Positions 39,104-48,994 are shown, numbered from the stretch's first letter. The stretch is 64,000 nucleotides of DNA from an uncultured Chthonomonadaceae bacterium (GCA_963835065.1 CAWIEK010000033.1:1-64000); one strand, 5' to 3'. A program made the numbers and translations. Notes: a model not told the origin generated them from the letters alone.

Positions 39104-39199
39104 AGAGCCTCTCCCTATAGGCCGGGGATTGAAAATCCCCGGCAGGAAAGTACAAGCGTCCTGCGGACGCAAATGCCGCGCCTATTGGGAGAAGTTCTC
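39104..39199. repeat. about 96-bp element with imperfect terminal inverted repeats and internal hairpins
   Basis: agagcctctccctatagg ... cctattgggagaagttctc enclosing gccggggattgaaaatccccggc and gcgtcctgcggacgc. Confidence 0.55.
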
Positions 39200-40587
39200 A
39201 AAGCTTCAGATGGATTGATTTCGGGTCGGCATTGTGGAATTGTTTTGCCAGTCTCGGCCTGTCTACCTTGCTGCCGCCAGCGTACACGGCTCTAATGTGA
39301 CGCAAATTGCGTATGTCGCGCAACGGGTCGGCATCCAGCAGAATAAAATCGGCATAGCGTCCGGGCTGTATGGTTCCCACTTCCCTACCCTTGCGCAAGA
39401 TGCGCGCGGCGTTGCCCGTTGCCGTCTGCAAGGCTTCGTTGGGCGTCAATCCGGCCTGCGTGAGCAGGTATAGTTCCGTCAATAGTCCGGCTCCGGGCAG
39501 TACCCAGGGCGCGGGCGTGTCGGTTCCCGCAATGATGGCAATATGATTCTGTTTTAACTTTCTGACCAGTTGCAGGAATTGAACTTTCGCGCGCTTCGCC
39601 CGCATAAAATCTCGCTTCGTCCAGCCTTTGGTTCCGATAAATTCCCAGTAGGGATTGTGCCAGAAACGATTCCAGCCTGCCGGGACTTTGGCCCAATTGC
39701 CATACGTGGTTTTCGCGCCTCTTTGACCCTGCCAGGGCAGCAGAGCAACAGCAAGCGTGGGCGTTACGGCGACATGGTTTTTGGCGAGCGTGGTAATCAA
39801 ATTCTTTGTCGCCGCGCCCTCTAAGTTTACATTTTCCACGCCCGCGAACGTTTTGCCGTACCCTTCCGGCGTGTGGGGCGGCAATACGCGCAGTTCCTGA
39901 AACAGCGTGGTAACGTGTTCCAGATTGTCAATTCCCGCCTTCGCCGCAACGCTCGGCAGGGTCGCGCCCAGATGCGCGGTCACGGGAAGCCCGCGCCGGT
40001 GCGCCTGCGTAATGACGGCCCGCGTCACGTCCGGCTTCGCCAAAATGTATAATTTCACGCCGTCCACGCCCTGCTTTTGCATGTCATCCAATAATGCCGG
40101 CACTTCTCCCGGCGTTCTTCACCGCCACCGCGCCCCACCAACTCGGCTTGCCCTCGTCAATGTTCTGCCCCATCCAATAAATGCGCGGGATTGTTTCGGT
40201 CGCGCCGATTTGCCGCAAATGCTGTATGGTTTTCAGGTTCGAGCCGACATCGCGCACACTTGTCACGCCGTACAGCGCGAATGTGCCGGGCGTCAGCACT
40301 TCATCCAAATGGACGTGCATATCAATCAGGCCGGGAACCAGCCATTTGCCCTTTGCCGCCACAACATGCGCGTTTGCCGGAATATGTACCTGTCGGCGCG
40401 TTCCCACAGCAGTAAAACGCCCGTTTCGTATCACCACGACGCCATTATGAAGGGGCGCTTTGCCCGTGCCGTCAACAATCGTCGCCCCTGTAATTACAAG
40501 CGGCGCGTCTTGAGCGGCAGAAGGAACAGAAGCGGGCGCAGGAACAGCCTGCATCCCAAATAGCATTGCCAGCGCCCAGGCGATCAT
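39198..40587 (-). CDS. amidohydrolase family protein (frameshift near 40105)
   Basis: PGLIDMHVH, GVKLY, VTAH, LEH, AGTD, GTIQPGRYADFILLDADP. Confidence 0.88.
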
Positions 40588-40644
40588 AATGCCATCCTTT
40601 CGTTCTATGAAGCAATGGTAGTTCTAAAAACCATCGTTTCCGGC

Positions 40645-40674
40645 TTGACACGGGTACAAAGATACGGGTAGTAT
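40645..40674 (+). promoter_or_regulatory. sigma70 promoter of the purH leader
   Basis: TTGACA, 18-nt spacer, TAGTAT just upstream of the riboswitch. Confidence 0.65.
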
Positions 40675-40692
40675 CAAAGTAGAAAACAACAA

Positions 40693-40770
40693 CGGCCTGC
40701 GCAACTGGCGTTCACAGGGAAACCACCCTGGGGAAGCGCAAGGCCGAGGAACTGTCGCGCGCCTGGGCAT
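40693..40770 (+). ncRNA. ZMP/ZTP (pfl) riboswitch
   Basis: P1 cggcc-tgcgc...gcgca-aggccg, conserved ACTGGCG, P2 cagg/cctg, 3' hairpin gtcgcgCGCCTGGGCA able to pseudoknot with GGCG; upstream of purH. Confidence 0.85.
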
Positions 40771-40803
40771 CTGCATTTTCACTGCGGAAGTCCGGGTTTT
40801 TTG
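40762..40803 (+). terminator. riboswitch expression-platform terminator
   Basis: cctgggc-a-tctgca...tgcgga-a-gtccggg followed by tttttt; overlaps the aptamer 3' hairpin. Confidence 0.7.
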
Positions 40804-40817
40804 TCGTCTATGCGGAT

Positions 40818-40960
40818 GAGGCATCAGGCATCAGGCATTAGAGGAGAAGACAGAAGACAGAAGACGGAATATAGGAAGCCTGAACACCGAACACCGAACA
40901 CCTGAACACCCAATACCGAATACCGAATACCGAACACCGAACGCCTAATACCCAACACCT
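40818..40960. repeat. composite microrepeat in the purH 5' UTR: (AGGCATC)x3, (AGAAGAC)x3, about 11 GAACACC/AATACC-type units
   Basis: Directly visible arrays between the terminator and the RBS. Confidence 0.9.
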
Positions 40961-40978
40961 ATTCATGGAGGTACGTTT

Positions 40979-42697
40979 ATGCCGGAAAATCAACCCAACG
41001 CCAGCCGTCGCGCCCTTCTCAGCGTTTCCAACAAGGACGGCCTGATTGCGTTTGCCCAATCGCTTCGGGAACTTGGCTTTGAGATCATTTCTACAGGCGG
41101 AACGGCGGCGGCGTTGAGCGCGGCCAACATCCCCGTTCTCAATGTCAGCGACGTGACCGGCTTTCCTGAAATGCTGGAAGGACGGGTCAAGACGCTGCAT
41201 CCGGGCGTGCATGGCGGCCTGCTGGCGGACCGCAGCAAGCCGGAACATCTGGCAGCCATTGCCGCGCACCACATTATGCCCATTGATCTGCTGTGCGTCA
41301 ATCTTTATCCCTTCGCCGCTACAATCGCCAAACCCGATGTCACGCTGGAAAACGCGATTGAAAACATTGACATCGGCGGGCCGGCCATGATCCGCTCCGC
41401 CGCCAAAAACCACAATCATGTTCTGGTTGTGGTAGACCCCGCCGACTATGCGCCTCTCATTGCCGAACTGCAATCTTCCTCTGACGGCATCGGACAATCC
41501 ACGCTGGCAACCCGGCGTCGTCTCGCGGCCAAAGCGTTTACGCACACTGCGCAGTATGATACCACCATCAGCCAGTGGCTGACGCAGCGATTTGCGCAGG
41601 AAGAACAAGCGAAAGAACAAGCAACAGAACAAACGGAAGCGCCGTCGGCAGACCCCGGCACAGTTCCGGCGGCGCAGCAGGCCGACACGCAGCCTGACGA
41701 CACAAGCGTATTGCCGTCTTCATTCGCCATTCATTACAGCAAGGCGCAGGATTGCCGGTACGGCGAAAACCCGCACCAGCAGGCCGCGTTTTATGTGGCT
41801 CCCAATGTGACGGAACCCTGCGTGGCAAACGCAAGGCAGATTTGGGGCAAGGAACTGTCGTTTAACAACATCTACGACCTGAACGGCGCGCTGGAAACCG
41901 TCAAGGAATTCAGCGAGGAAGACCGCCCCGCCGCCGTCATTATCAAGCACACCAATCCCTGCGGCGCGGCTCTGGGCGATACCCTTGCCGACGCTTTCCA
42001 GAAAGCGCGATTGGGCGACCCGATTTCCGCGTTCGGCGGCATCCTTGCCGTGACGCGCATTCTGGATGTGGCGACGGCGGAAGCGATTACGGGCAAAAAC
42101 ACGTTCTTCGAGGCCATTATCGCGCCGGGTTACGAGGCGGAAGCGATTCCCATTTTAAAGGAGCGCAAAGCGTGGGGCGCGAACCTGCGCCTGCTGGAAG
42201 TGGCGGATTTGCGCGATTGGCGCGACAAAGCGGAAGTGACAGGCCCGGACTTCAAGCGCGTGACGGGCGGCGTCCTCGTACAAACGCCCGATCATGTCGT
42301 TATCACGCCCGACAAACTGGAAGTCGTGACCGAACGCGCCCCCACCCCCGAAGAAATCGAGGAACTGCTGTTCGCGTGGCGTATCGTCCGGCACGTCAAA
42401 AGCAACGCGATTGTGTTCACGAAAGCCCGGCAGGTCGTTGGCGTGGGCGCGGGGCAGATGAACCGCGTCCGCTCCGTGAAGCTGGCGGTGGAGCAGGCGG
42501 GCGAGCAGGCGCGGGGCGCAGTGATGGGTTCCGACGCCTTCTTCCCCTTCCCCGACGGCCCCGAAGCGGCAGCCGCCGCCGGCATTACGGCCATCATTCA
42601 GCCCGGCGGCAGCAAAAAGGATCAGGAAACCATAGACGTGTGCAACAAAAACGGTATCGCAATGGTGTACACAGGCATCCGCCACTTTTTACATTAA
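40979..42697 (+). CDS. purH: bifunctional AICAR transformylase/IMP cyclohydrolase
   Basis: ALLSVSNK, GRVKTLHP, IDIGGP, RYGENPHQ, KHTNPCG, HVKSNAI, SDAFFPF, RHFLH. Confidence 0.97.
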   Translation: MPENQPNASRRALLSVSNKDGLIAFAQSLRELGFEIISTGGTAAALSAANIPVLNVSDVTGFPEMLEGRVKTLHPGVHGGLLADRSKPEHLAAIAAHHIMPIDLLCVNLYPFAATIAKPDVTLENAIENIDIGGPAMIRSAAKNHNHVLVVVDPADYAPLIAELQSSSDGIGQSTLATRRRLAAKAFTHTAQYDTTISQWLTQRFAQEEQAKEQATEQTEAPSADPGTVPAAQQADTQPDDTSVLPSSFAIHYSKAQDCRYGENPHQQAAFYVAPNVTEPCVANARQIWGKELSFNNIYDLNGALETVKEFSEEDRPAAVIIKHTNPCGAALGDTLADAFQKARLGDPISAFGGILAVTRILDVATAEAITGKNTFFEAIIAPGYEAEAIPILKERKAWGANLRLLEVADLRDWRDKAEVTGPDFKRVTGGVLVQTPDHVVITPDKLEVVTERAPTPEEIEELLFAWRIVRHVKSNAIVFTKARQVVGVGAGQMNRVRSVKLAVEQAGEQARGAVMGSDAFFPFPDGPEAAAAAGITAIIQPGGSKKDQETIDVCNKNGIAMVYTGIRHFLH

Positions 42698-42710
42698 ACA
42701 CTTACCGCAT

Positions 42711-42741
42711 AGCAGCCGGCTTCAGGTTCGTGCCGGCTGCT
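42711..42741. terminator. hairpin between convergent purH and DJ-1 genes
   Basis: agcagccggc/gccggctgct stem. Confidence 0.5.
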
Positions 42742-42848
42742 TGCGGCTTGGCGGCGGTTTTGCGGACAGCGGGCAGCGTTTCCACGCGAAAAAGGGTCTC
42801 TGCGGAGCGTCCATAACGGCATTGTAACGCTCCCGTTCCGTTTTCTTG

Positions 42849-43751
42849 TTATAAGCCCGCTTGCCGGGTTTTCCAGCTTTTTGTAACGCGGGCCGCCGCC
42901 GTACGCACATCATCGCGCAGGGGCGCGAACATGGCCCATTCCATCTGTAACACGTCGGGCGGGGCGCTTTCCGGGGTTCCCGATTGGTAGGGCGGCTGCG
43001 GGTTGTACTCATACGCCAGCTGCAGCGATTTGGCGCACTTTTCATTGCGGAGCATGGCCGCAAGATGCAGGCCGAAATCCAGCCCTGCGGTGACGCCCGC
43101 GCCCGTGATGCGGTTGCGGTCTTCGACAAAGCGCTCCCTGACGGGCGTTGCGCCAAATAACGCGAGCAGATCGCGCATACCCCAATGCGAGGTGGCTTTG
43201 TAGCCACGCAGCAAGCCCGCCGCGCCCAAGACGAGGGAACCGGTGCAAACGCTGGTGACATAACGCGCGGTTTTGCCCTGCTTTGCCAGAAAGCCAAGCG
43301 TTGGCGCATCGTCCATCAGGGCGAGAGTGCCACGCGAGCCACCCGGCACGAACAGAACGGTCAGGCTATTGGGGCAGTCGGCGAAGGTTGTTGTCGGCTG
43401 AATGGAAACGCCCAAATCACTGGTCACGAGTTCGCGCGTTTTCGCCACCAGATGCACCTTCACGTTGCCAAGCGTGGCGAAAATCTGCTGCGGGCCAATC
43501 AAGTCCAGTGTGGTCATTTTCGGATACAGCAGCATGGCGATGTGTTGCGGCGGGCCGTCGGGGATGCCATAGCCGCTCATGTCGTGTTTGGGATGCGTAC
43601 CGGGCGGGGGCGGCGTGGCAGGATCGGCAATGCTGTTTTGCGTGGGCGCATCCAATAAGGTTTCGGCGTCGCCCTGCGTCTTAGCAAAAGAAGCGCCGGC
43701 CAGCGACAACCCCGCCGTGCCAAGTGTTTGCAGTAACTCTCTGCGGTTCAT
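42849..43751 (-). CDS. DJ-1/PfpI family protein (isonitrile hydratase-like) with Tat signal
   Basis: MNRRELL twin-arginine leader, LDLIGP, VPGG, SVCTG, ATSHW, GVTAGLD, EYNPQPP. Confidence 0.9.
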   Translation of the reverse strand: MNRRELLQTLGTAGLSLAGASFAKTQGDAETLLDAPTQNSIADPATPPPPGTHPKHDMSGYGIPDGPPQHIAMLLYPKMTTLDLIGPQQIFATLGNVKVHLVAKTRELVTSDLGVSIQPTTTFADCPNSLTVLFVPGGSRGTLALMDDAPTLGFLAKQGKTARYVTSVCTGSLVLGAAGLLRGYKATSHWGMRDLLALFGATPVRERFVEDRNRITGAGVTAGLDFGLHLAAMLRNEKCAKSLQLAYEYNPQPPYQSGTPESAPPDVLQMEWAMFAPLRDDVRTAAARVTKSWKTRQAGL

Positions 43752-43769
43752 ATAGTCTCCTTCTTTCCG

Positions 43770-44504
43770 TTACTGGCGGGGGTCAAAAGCGCCCTCATAA
43801 ATGTTGTGGGTTGTATCCTGGAACCAGAGCTGCGTCCACTTGCCCCATTTGGCGTGTCCGTCGGCGTAGGCGTTGTTCATCCCCTCGCTGTGGCGCAGAA
43901 AGGCCAATTCTTTTGTCTGCGTAAGCGCGTCGTTCCAGACCATCGTGTGCATCATGCCGATCATCATGGCGTCGGCTTCGGGATCGTTTTTCACCCAGTA
44001 GGGCGGGTGAAAGTGGTCGCGGGTCAGATTCTCCTTGCTTTCGCTGACGTAGATGACTGACGCGGGGCTTTGGATCGCCGCCAGGTTTCCGTATTTCTGT
44101 TCCCCTTCCAGCCAGAGGTTCAGGAAGTAGGACGACAGGCGCAATCCCTGCTGCTCGGATGTGGGATTGGCAAGCGGCGCGGTCCAGTTCTGGCTCTGGT
44201 CATCGGGGCAGCGCAGAATCTGGCGGCTCTTGATGTAAGGCTGCATGGTGTTCACCCATGACAGCGCAAGGCCGTCATAGGAGGCGAGCGGAAAACACTC
44301 GTCATAGTCCTGAACGTACTGCGCGAAGCCCATTCCGATCTGCCGAACGTTGGACAGGCAGGCGGTTTGCCGCGCCTTTTCCCGCGCCTGGGCGAAGACG
44401 GGAAACAGGATAGCGGCGAGAATCGCGATAATGGCGATCACGACGAGCAATTCAATCAGCGTAAAGGCGCGCGCAGCGGCGCGGCCATGATGTAAGCAAA
44501 GCAT
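43770..44504 (-). CDS. prepilin-type N-terminal cleavage / DUF1559 / H-X9-DG protein
   Basis: [58 protein letters not shown]. Confidence 0.92.
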   Translation of the reverse strand: MLCLHHGRAAARAFTLIELLVVIAIIAILAAILFPVFAQAREKARQTACLSNVRQIGMGFAQYVQDYDECFPLASYDGLALSWVNTMQPYIKSRQILRCPDDQSQNWTAPLANPTSEQQGLRLSSYFLNLWLEGEQKYGNLAAIQSPASVIYVSESKENLTRDHFHPPYWVKNDPEADAMMIGMMHTMVWNDALTQTKELAFLRHSEGMNNAYADGHAKWGKWTQLWFQDTTHNIYEGAFDPRQ

Positions 44505-44555
44505 GGTCGAAAAACCTCCTCAGAAATTATGTTGACAGTGCAGACAGGAAACCGG

Positions 44556-44930
44556 TCAACAGGCGCGAGGAGGCGGATACAAAGGAGTGAGGAAACGGAT
44601 GCGCAGCAGGAGGGGAGCAGGAGTAAAGACTTGAATGGCAGGGGGCACAAGCACAAAACAAGGGGCGGGAAGCGAAGGCAGAATAAAGGTCAAACTCCTG
44701 TCGGGAACAGCAGGAAACACAACCGGCGCGCTGCACTGCGCGGCAGCACATGCGGCAATTCCAGTGTGAGGCGACGTGGGATTACCGGGACAGTTTGCCA
44801 TCCTACATGTACTCGCCGCGCAGCAACAGGGTTGTAGAGACACGGCAGGCAGGGATTTGTTTGCAGCGGAGGCGTGAACAGGCGGCGGCGAGAAAGGCCA
44901 TAAACTCGCCAGCAGGCACAAACTCAACAA
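44556..44930 (-). CDS. small exported Cys-rich, Pro-tailed protein (DUF2946-like)
   Basis: Signal-like N-terminus, CCC..C...C...C...C core, Pro-rich tail ending YPPPRAC; true start possibly the out-of-frame GTG near 44965. Confidence 0.55.
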   Translation of the reverse strand: MLSLCLLASLWPFSPPPVHASAANKSLPAVSLQPCCCAASTCRMANCPGNPTSPHTGIAACAAAQCSAPVVFPAVPDRSLTFILPSLPAPCFVLVPPAIQVFTPAPLLLRIRFLTPLYPPPRAC

Positions 44931-45137
44931 AATTCCCAGCCACCGACGCGAAACGATGATTTCACCTGTCCCTAAAAGGCGTTGGCATCAGTATACCCAT
45001 AAGAAAAGGCTTTTTGAGGTATGCTTTGAAAATAGTTCTTTGTTCACACAATGCGCCTGCGCGGATGGGCATCCTGCTATCAGTCAGGAACTGCTTTTCA
45101 GGTATCAACAGCAACGCCACAAGGAAGATTTATTTTT

Positions 45138-45683
45138 ATGTCCCACAATGAAGCCGATAACAACGCATTGGAAATTTCCGCTGCTTCCGCCGCCCCCGGC
45201 GCGGACACAGAGGAACTGGTACGGTTCGGTATTTCTATGGCCGCGCCCCTTGTGCGCGATCTGGACACATGGCGCAAGGGACGCGGCTACGCCAACCGCT
45301 CGGAAGCGATACGCGATTTGGTGCGGGACGCGCTTGTGGAAACGCGCTGGGAACAGGAGGGAGAAAGCGACGGGGAAATGGTGGGCGTGGTGTCCATCGT
45401 GTACGACCACACCACGCGCCAACTGAGCGACCACTTAACGGATATGCAGCACCACGCCCACCACATCTCCCAGGCAACGCTGCATATCCATCTTAATGCC
45501 GACCACTGTTTGGAAGTGATTGTTTTGCGCGGCCCGCGCGCCGATGTCGCCGAACTCGCCAACCATCTTATCAGCACCAAAGGCGTCCTGCACGGCAAGT
45601 TTATTCCTACTACGACGGGCGAAAATCTCACACCTTCTCACCCTTCTCACCCCCATGCGCCACAGCCGACGTTGCCGGAGTGA
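45138..45683 (+). CDS. nikR: nickel-responsive regulator
   Basis: RHH domain RFGISM...NRSEAIRDLVR; YDH, QHH, HIHL...HCLE nickel ligands. Confidence 0.93.
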   Translation: MSHNEADNNALEISAASAAPGADTEELVRFGISMAAPLVRDLDTWRKGRGYANRSEAIRDLVRDALVETRWEQEGESDGEMVGVVSIVYDHTTRQLSDHLTDMQHHAHHISQATLHIHLNADHCLEVIVLRGPRADVAELANHLISTKGVLHGKFIPTTTGENLTPSHPSHPHAPQPTLPE

Positions 45684-45710
45684 CCGCGCCCCGTTAGTAT
45701 AATTCAATCA

Positions 45711-46649
45711 TCAGCGAGCATTTTGGTTTGTAGCAGGTGGCATTGTCGGCGCAGGACTGTCGGCTGCCGACGCGGGAAGGCCGGATGTCTTCTGCGCGAC
45801 TTGGCCTGCGCTGGCGTTTGACGCCGGCTGTACCGGCAGGTCGAGACGCGGCGAATTGACAGGCTGATCCGCGCCCGGTACGCTCACCTGCCCCGTAATG
45901 CTGCTGATGCCGATCAGCGCTCCCGTCGCTTCAAACGTGCCGTCCGACCCTACCCCTGTCACCTTGAAGCCATCCAAAACCAGGCTGGGAACCAGGTAAT
46001 TTCCGGTTTGCGCGCTGATGAGCGGCATGTTGTTGCGATCCAGCATGCGCGCGGTAAACTGGAATGGGCTGCCCGTTGTAACGCCGTTTGCGCTTGCGGC
46101 GGGCGCAGTGATGCTGACCTGGCCTACTTGACTGACATCGAACGACGTGGGCGGCAGGGCGACAACCACTTCCGTTGCGCGGCCTTCCGTCAGCAGCAGC
46201 GAAATCTTTTGCGTCTGATAAGGCGTTTTGGCCGGGTCTACGCTGACGACCACGTTGCTCACGCTGAGCGGCCCGCTCGCCTGATGCTTGCCCGTGACAA
46301 TGCCTTTCACCGTAAACAAGCCCTGCGCGTCCGTCGTCACCCGGTAGCTGACAGTCGCCTGCCCTGTCGCCGTGGAACTCACCGTCACATTAAGGTTGGC
46401 AAGCGGCTGCTGCGCATTGTCCGCCGCCAGCACCTTTCCTACCAGTTTCGACGTGCCGGGCGGAATGCCATCGCCAATCAGGGCGTTGATGCCACAGCCT
46501 GTCGAGAAAAGCAGAATCGCGCACCCTGCCAGCAACAATGTTCTGCGCAGCCATCCGCTTCTGACGCCGCGTAAAGCAGAATTTTGCTTTGCGTCTGCCT
46601 GTGTTTCCAACATGGGTCTTACATTTTCATCTTCGGTTTCAGGCGTCAT
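45711..46649 (-). CDS. hypothetical lipoprotein with carboxypeptidase-regulatory-like/Ig domains
   Basis: Lipobox-like FSTGC, GKV...PL...VTV...TTDAQGLF; starts right after the upstream stop. Confidence 0.65.
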   Translation of the reverse strand: MTPETEDENVRPMLETQADAKQNSALRGVRSGWLRRTLLLAGCAILLFSTGCGINALIGDGIPPGTSKLVGKVLAADNAQQPLANLNVTVSSTATGQATVSYRVTTDAQGLFTVKGIVTGKHQASGPLSVSNVVVSVDPAKTPYQTQKISLLLTEGRATEVVVALPPTSFDVSQVGQVSITAPAASANGVTTGSPFQFTARMLDRNNMPLISAQTGNYLVPSLVLDGFKVTGVGSDGTFEATGALIGISSITGQVSVPGADQPVNSPRLDLPVQPASNASAGQVAQKTSGLPASAADSPAPTMPPATNQNAR

Positions 46650-46650
46650 G

Positions 46651-48654
46651 TCATTCCTCACTGGCAGGCGACACAAAATCAATCGCCGCGCGAACCTGCG
46701 CAGTCAGCGGCGGCCATCCGGCTTGATCCAAAAAGACGGCAACGGCATCGGCGCGTCCTGTTTCCCGCAATAGCAGCGCCAAGTCGGCATACACGCGGCG
46801 ACAATCTTCGTTTTCCAGCAGTGTATCCGTCAGCCCGGAGGCAAGCAGTTCGGCGCGTAAACTCTCCAAAACAGCAACGGCGGCGCGCAATTGCGTTTCC
46901 GCTTCAAGGACATTGTTTTCCCTACGAGCCAGCAGTCCCAGGGTGCTTTGCGCGCGCCATCGCGTTTCCACAAGCCCGGTATCCGCCGCCAATTCCAGAG
47001 CAAGCACAGCTTCCTGCCGCGCTTGCGCAAAGCCGTTATTGAATGTGGAGTTGGTTTCCGCCTCGTTCGCGGATACTCCCTGCGCCCCCGGCGCAGCCTT
47101 GACTGCTTCCTCACCACGCGGCAAAGCGCGGCGCAAGGCTTCCGCCCGCCAGGCATACGCCAGGCTTTCCAGATGCCGCGCGCCGAAATTTTGCGCCAGT
47201 TCCAGGGCACGGGTCGAGGTCGCCAGCAAATCGGCATTTTCCCCCGCCCGCGCATGAATCCGGCACAAGCGCAGCCGACATTCGATTTCCCAGCGGAAGA
47301 AGCGGGCCGATGTGGTCACGGCAAGGGACTGATCCGCGTGGTAACGCGCTTCACGAATACGGTCCGGCTGCCCGGCGTAAGCATCGGCGAGCGCCAGTTG
47401 CGCGTAAAGTTCGGCAGGCCGGACGCCGTTGGAAAGGGCTTGCGCAAGCGCGTCCTTGCCATACGAAACTGCCAGGTCAAAATCGCCGGAGGCCGCGAAA
47501 AACATGCCCAGCGTGGCGCGCGCCATGGCTTCGCGCCGCTCGTCGCCCACAAAACGGGCCAACTGCAGCATCGTTTCCAGTCCCGCCTGCGTCTGCATCC
47601 ACTGCCCCATATAAAAGTTACACCAGCCCATATCCAGCCGCGCAGCCAGATTTTGATCGGCGTTTCCCAGCGCCTCCGCATCGGAAAGGCAGGTCTGCGC
47701 CAGGCGGCGCGCTTCTTCCAAATCTCCCCCCGCAAGATACACATTCCGGCGGTTGGTGTTGACATACAACAGCGCCACCGCGATTTCCTGCCGATCCATG
47801 GCGCGGCTTGCTTCCGCTTCCTCCAACAGCAAAGCCGCTTCTTCAAAACGCTGCATGGCCTGCTGATACTCTCCCTGTTGGTCGTGCAGACTCCCTAACG
47901 CCAGCAGGCCACGCCAGCGCGTATCTATGTCGGCGCTGTCCACGACGCGCAAGAATTGTTCGCGCGCTTCCTCTGCGCGCCCCATCATGGTCAGCGCGCG
48001 TCCCAGATTATGCCGCGCCGACATTTCCAGTTTCTTATTGCCGATCTCCGCCGCCAGCACAATGGCGCGATTGAGAGCATCTGCAGCGCGCGGAAAATCG
48101 CCGATGTTGTTGAGCGCGTTTCCCAGATCGCGTTCCGCTCGCGCCTGCATCGCCCGGTCGCCGGTTTGCGCTGCCAGAGTCAGAATACGCTCGCAGGTAG
48201 ACGCCACAGCGCGATAATCCGGCGGGCTTTCCTGCGCGCCCGCCAGTTCCTGCAGGGTGCGCAAGCCTTCGTTGAGGCGTGTGGTGACATCCTGAGCGGT
48301 AATCACAGGGGCAGGAGGCGTGGCGGCAGCATCGGGCGCGGTTTCGGCAGCCGTTTCCGCATCCGGCGCGACTTCGGTCACGGAAGAATTGGACGCGCTT
48401 TGAGTTTGCGCGTTACGCAGTTCTTCGTCCGGGGCTTCGGTGTAGAAATACGTCAGGGGAACGCCGCATTGTACGGCGATTTGCTGAAGGCGATCCGGTT
48501 GCGCCAATGTGGAGCCGGAAAGATATTGGTATATCAGGGCGCGCGAACAGCCGATGCGCCCGGCCAATTCCTCAATGGAAATGCCGGCGCGCTCTACGGC
48601 CTGCTGAATCCGTTGTCCTTGTTCGCGTCGTCCCTGTCGGGTACTTAAATCCAT
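46651..48654 (-). CDS. XRE-type HTH plus TPR-repeat protein
   Basis: ISIEELAGRIGCSRALIYQYLSG HTH; repeated LG...G...A TPR-like units. Confidence 0.8.
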   Translation of the reverse strand: MDLSTRQGRREQGQRIQQAVERAGISIEELAGRIGCSRALIYQYLSGSTLAQPDRLQQIAVQCGVPLTYFYTEAPDEELRNAQTQSASNSSVTEVAPDAETAAETAPDAAATPPAPVITAQDVTTRLNEGLRTLQELAGAQESPPDYRAVASTCERILTLAAQTGDRAMQARAERDLGNALNNIGDFPRAADALNRAIVLAAEIGNKKLEMSARHNLGRALTMMGRAEEAREQFLRVVDSADIDTRWRGLLALGSLHDQQGEYQQAMQRFEEAALLLEEAEASRAMDRQEIAVALLYVNTNRRNVYLAGGDLEEARRLAQTCLSDAEALGNADQNLAARLDMGWCNFYMGQWMQTQAGLETMLQLARFVGDERREAMARATLGMFFAASGDFDLAVSYGKDALAQALSNGVRPAELYAQLALADAYAGQPDRIREARYHADQSLAVTTSARFFRWEIECRLRLCRIHARAGENADLLATSTRALELAQNFGARHLESLAYAWRAEALRRALPRGEEAVKAAPGAQGVSANEAETNSTFNNGFAQARQEAVLALELAADTGLVETRWRAQSTLGLLARRENNVLEAETQLRAAVAVLESLRAELLASGLTDTLLENEDCRRVYADLALLLRETGRADAVAVFLDQAGWPPLTAQVRAAIDFVSPASEE

Positions 48655-48725
48655 GCCGTGCGATGCTTTCTGCGCGCCAGCCTGGGGGGAGGTGGGGTAC
48701 TTGGGGTCTAGGCTACCGAAAATCA

Positions 48726-48761
48726 GTGTTCGGTGTTGGGTATTCGGTATTGGGTGTTGGG
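48726..48761. repeat. (GTGTTCG/GTATTGG)x5 array
   Basis: gtgttcggtgttgggtattcggtattgggtgttggg upstream of the HTH-TPR gene. Confidence 0.8.
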
Positions 48762-48994
48762 ATGCCGGACAGTTTCCTGCGCCGACCAGTAGCCTTCACC
48801 CACCGCTTAAAATAAAATTGCCTTGTGGCAGGCGCGTGGAGGGACACGGCCAAACCACCTACAGTATAGCACGTTTGTTTTACTGTCGTCAAGATGCCTC
48901 AAGACGGTATCGCCCAAATGCTTCCTGAAAACCTCTTTTATTAAGCCTGATTGCCGCGAGAGGAAGCCTCGTTCACATGGACCTGGAAAAAAGT

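Noticed and set aside
40818..40960. Possible CRISPR array in the repeat-rich intergenic regions
   Set aside because: Units are 7-9 nt and contiguous, with no unique spacers and no cas genes in the window.
41595..41710. Acidic insertion in PurH as an intein or repeat element
   Set aside because: Short, no intein terminal residues and no tandem unit; it sits at the natural inter-domain linker.
22470..44504. Near-identical 5' segments of the two DUF1559 genes as a recombination or variation cassette
   Set aside because: Similarity is confined to the universally conserved prepilin N-terminus and differences are mostly synonymous.
44980..45050. Canonical NikR operator
   Set aside because: GTATGC (45019) and TCACAC (45044) are 19 nt apart rather than 16 as in GTATGA-N16-TCATAC; an imperfect gtatacc...ggtatgc inverted repeat exists but is too weak to call.
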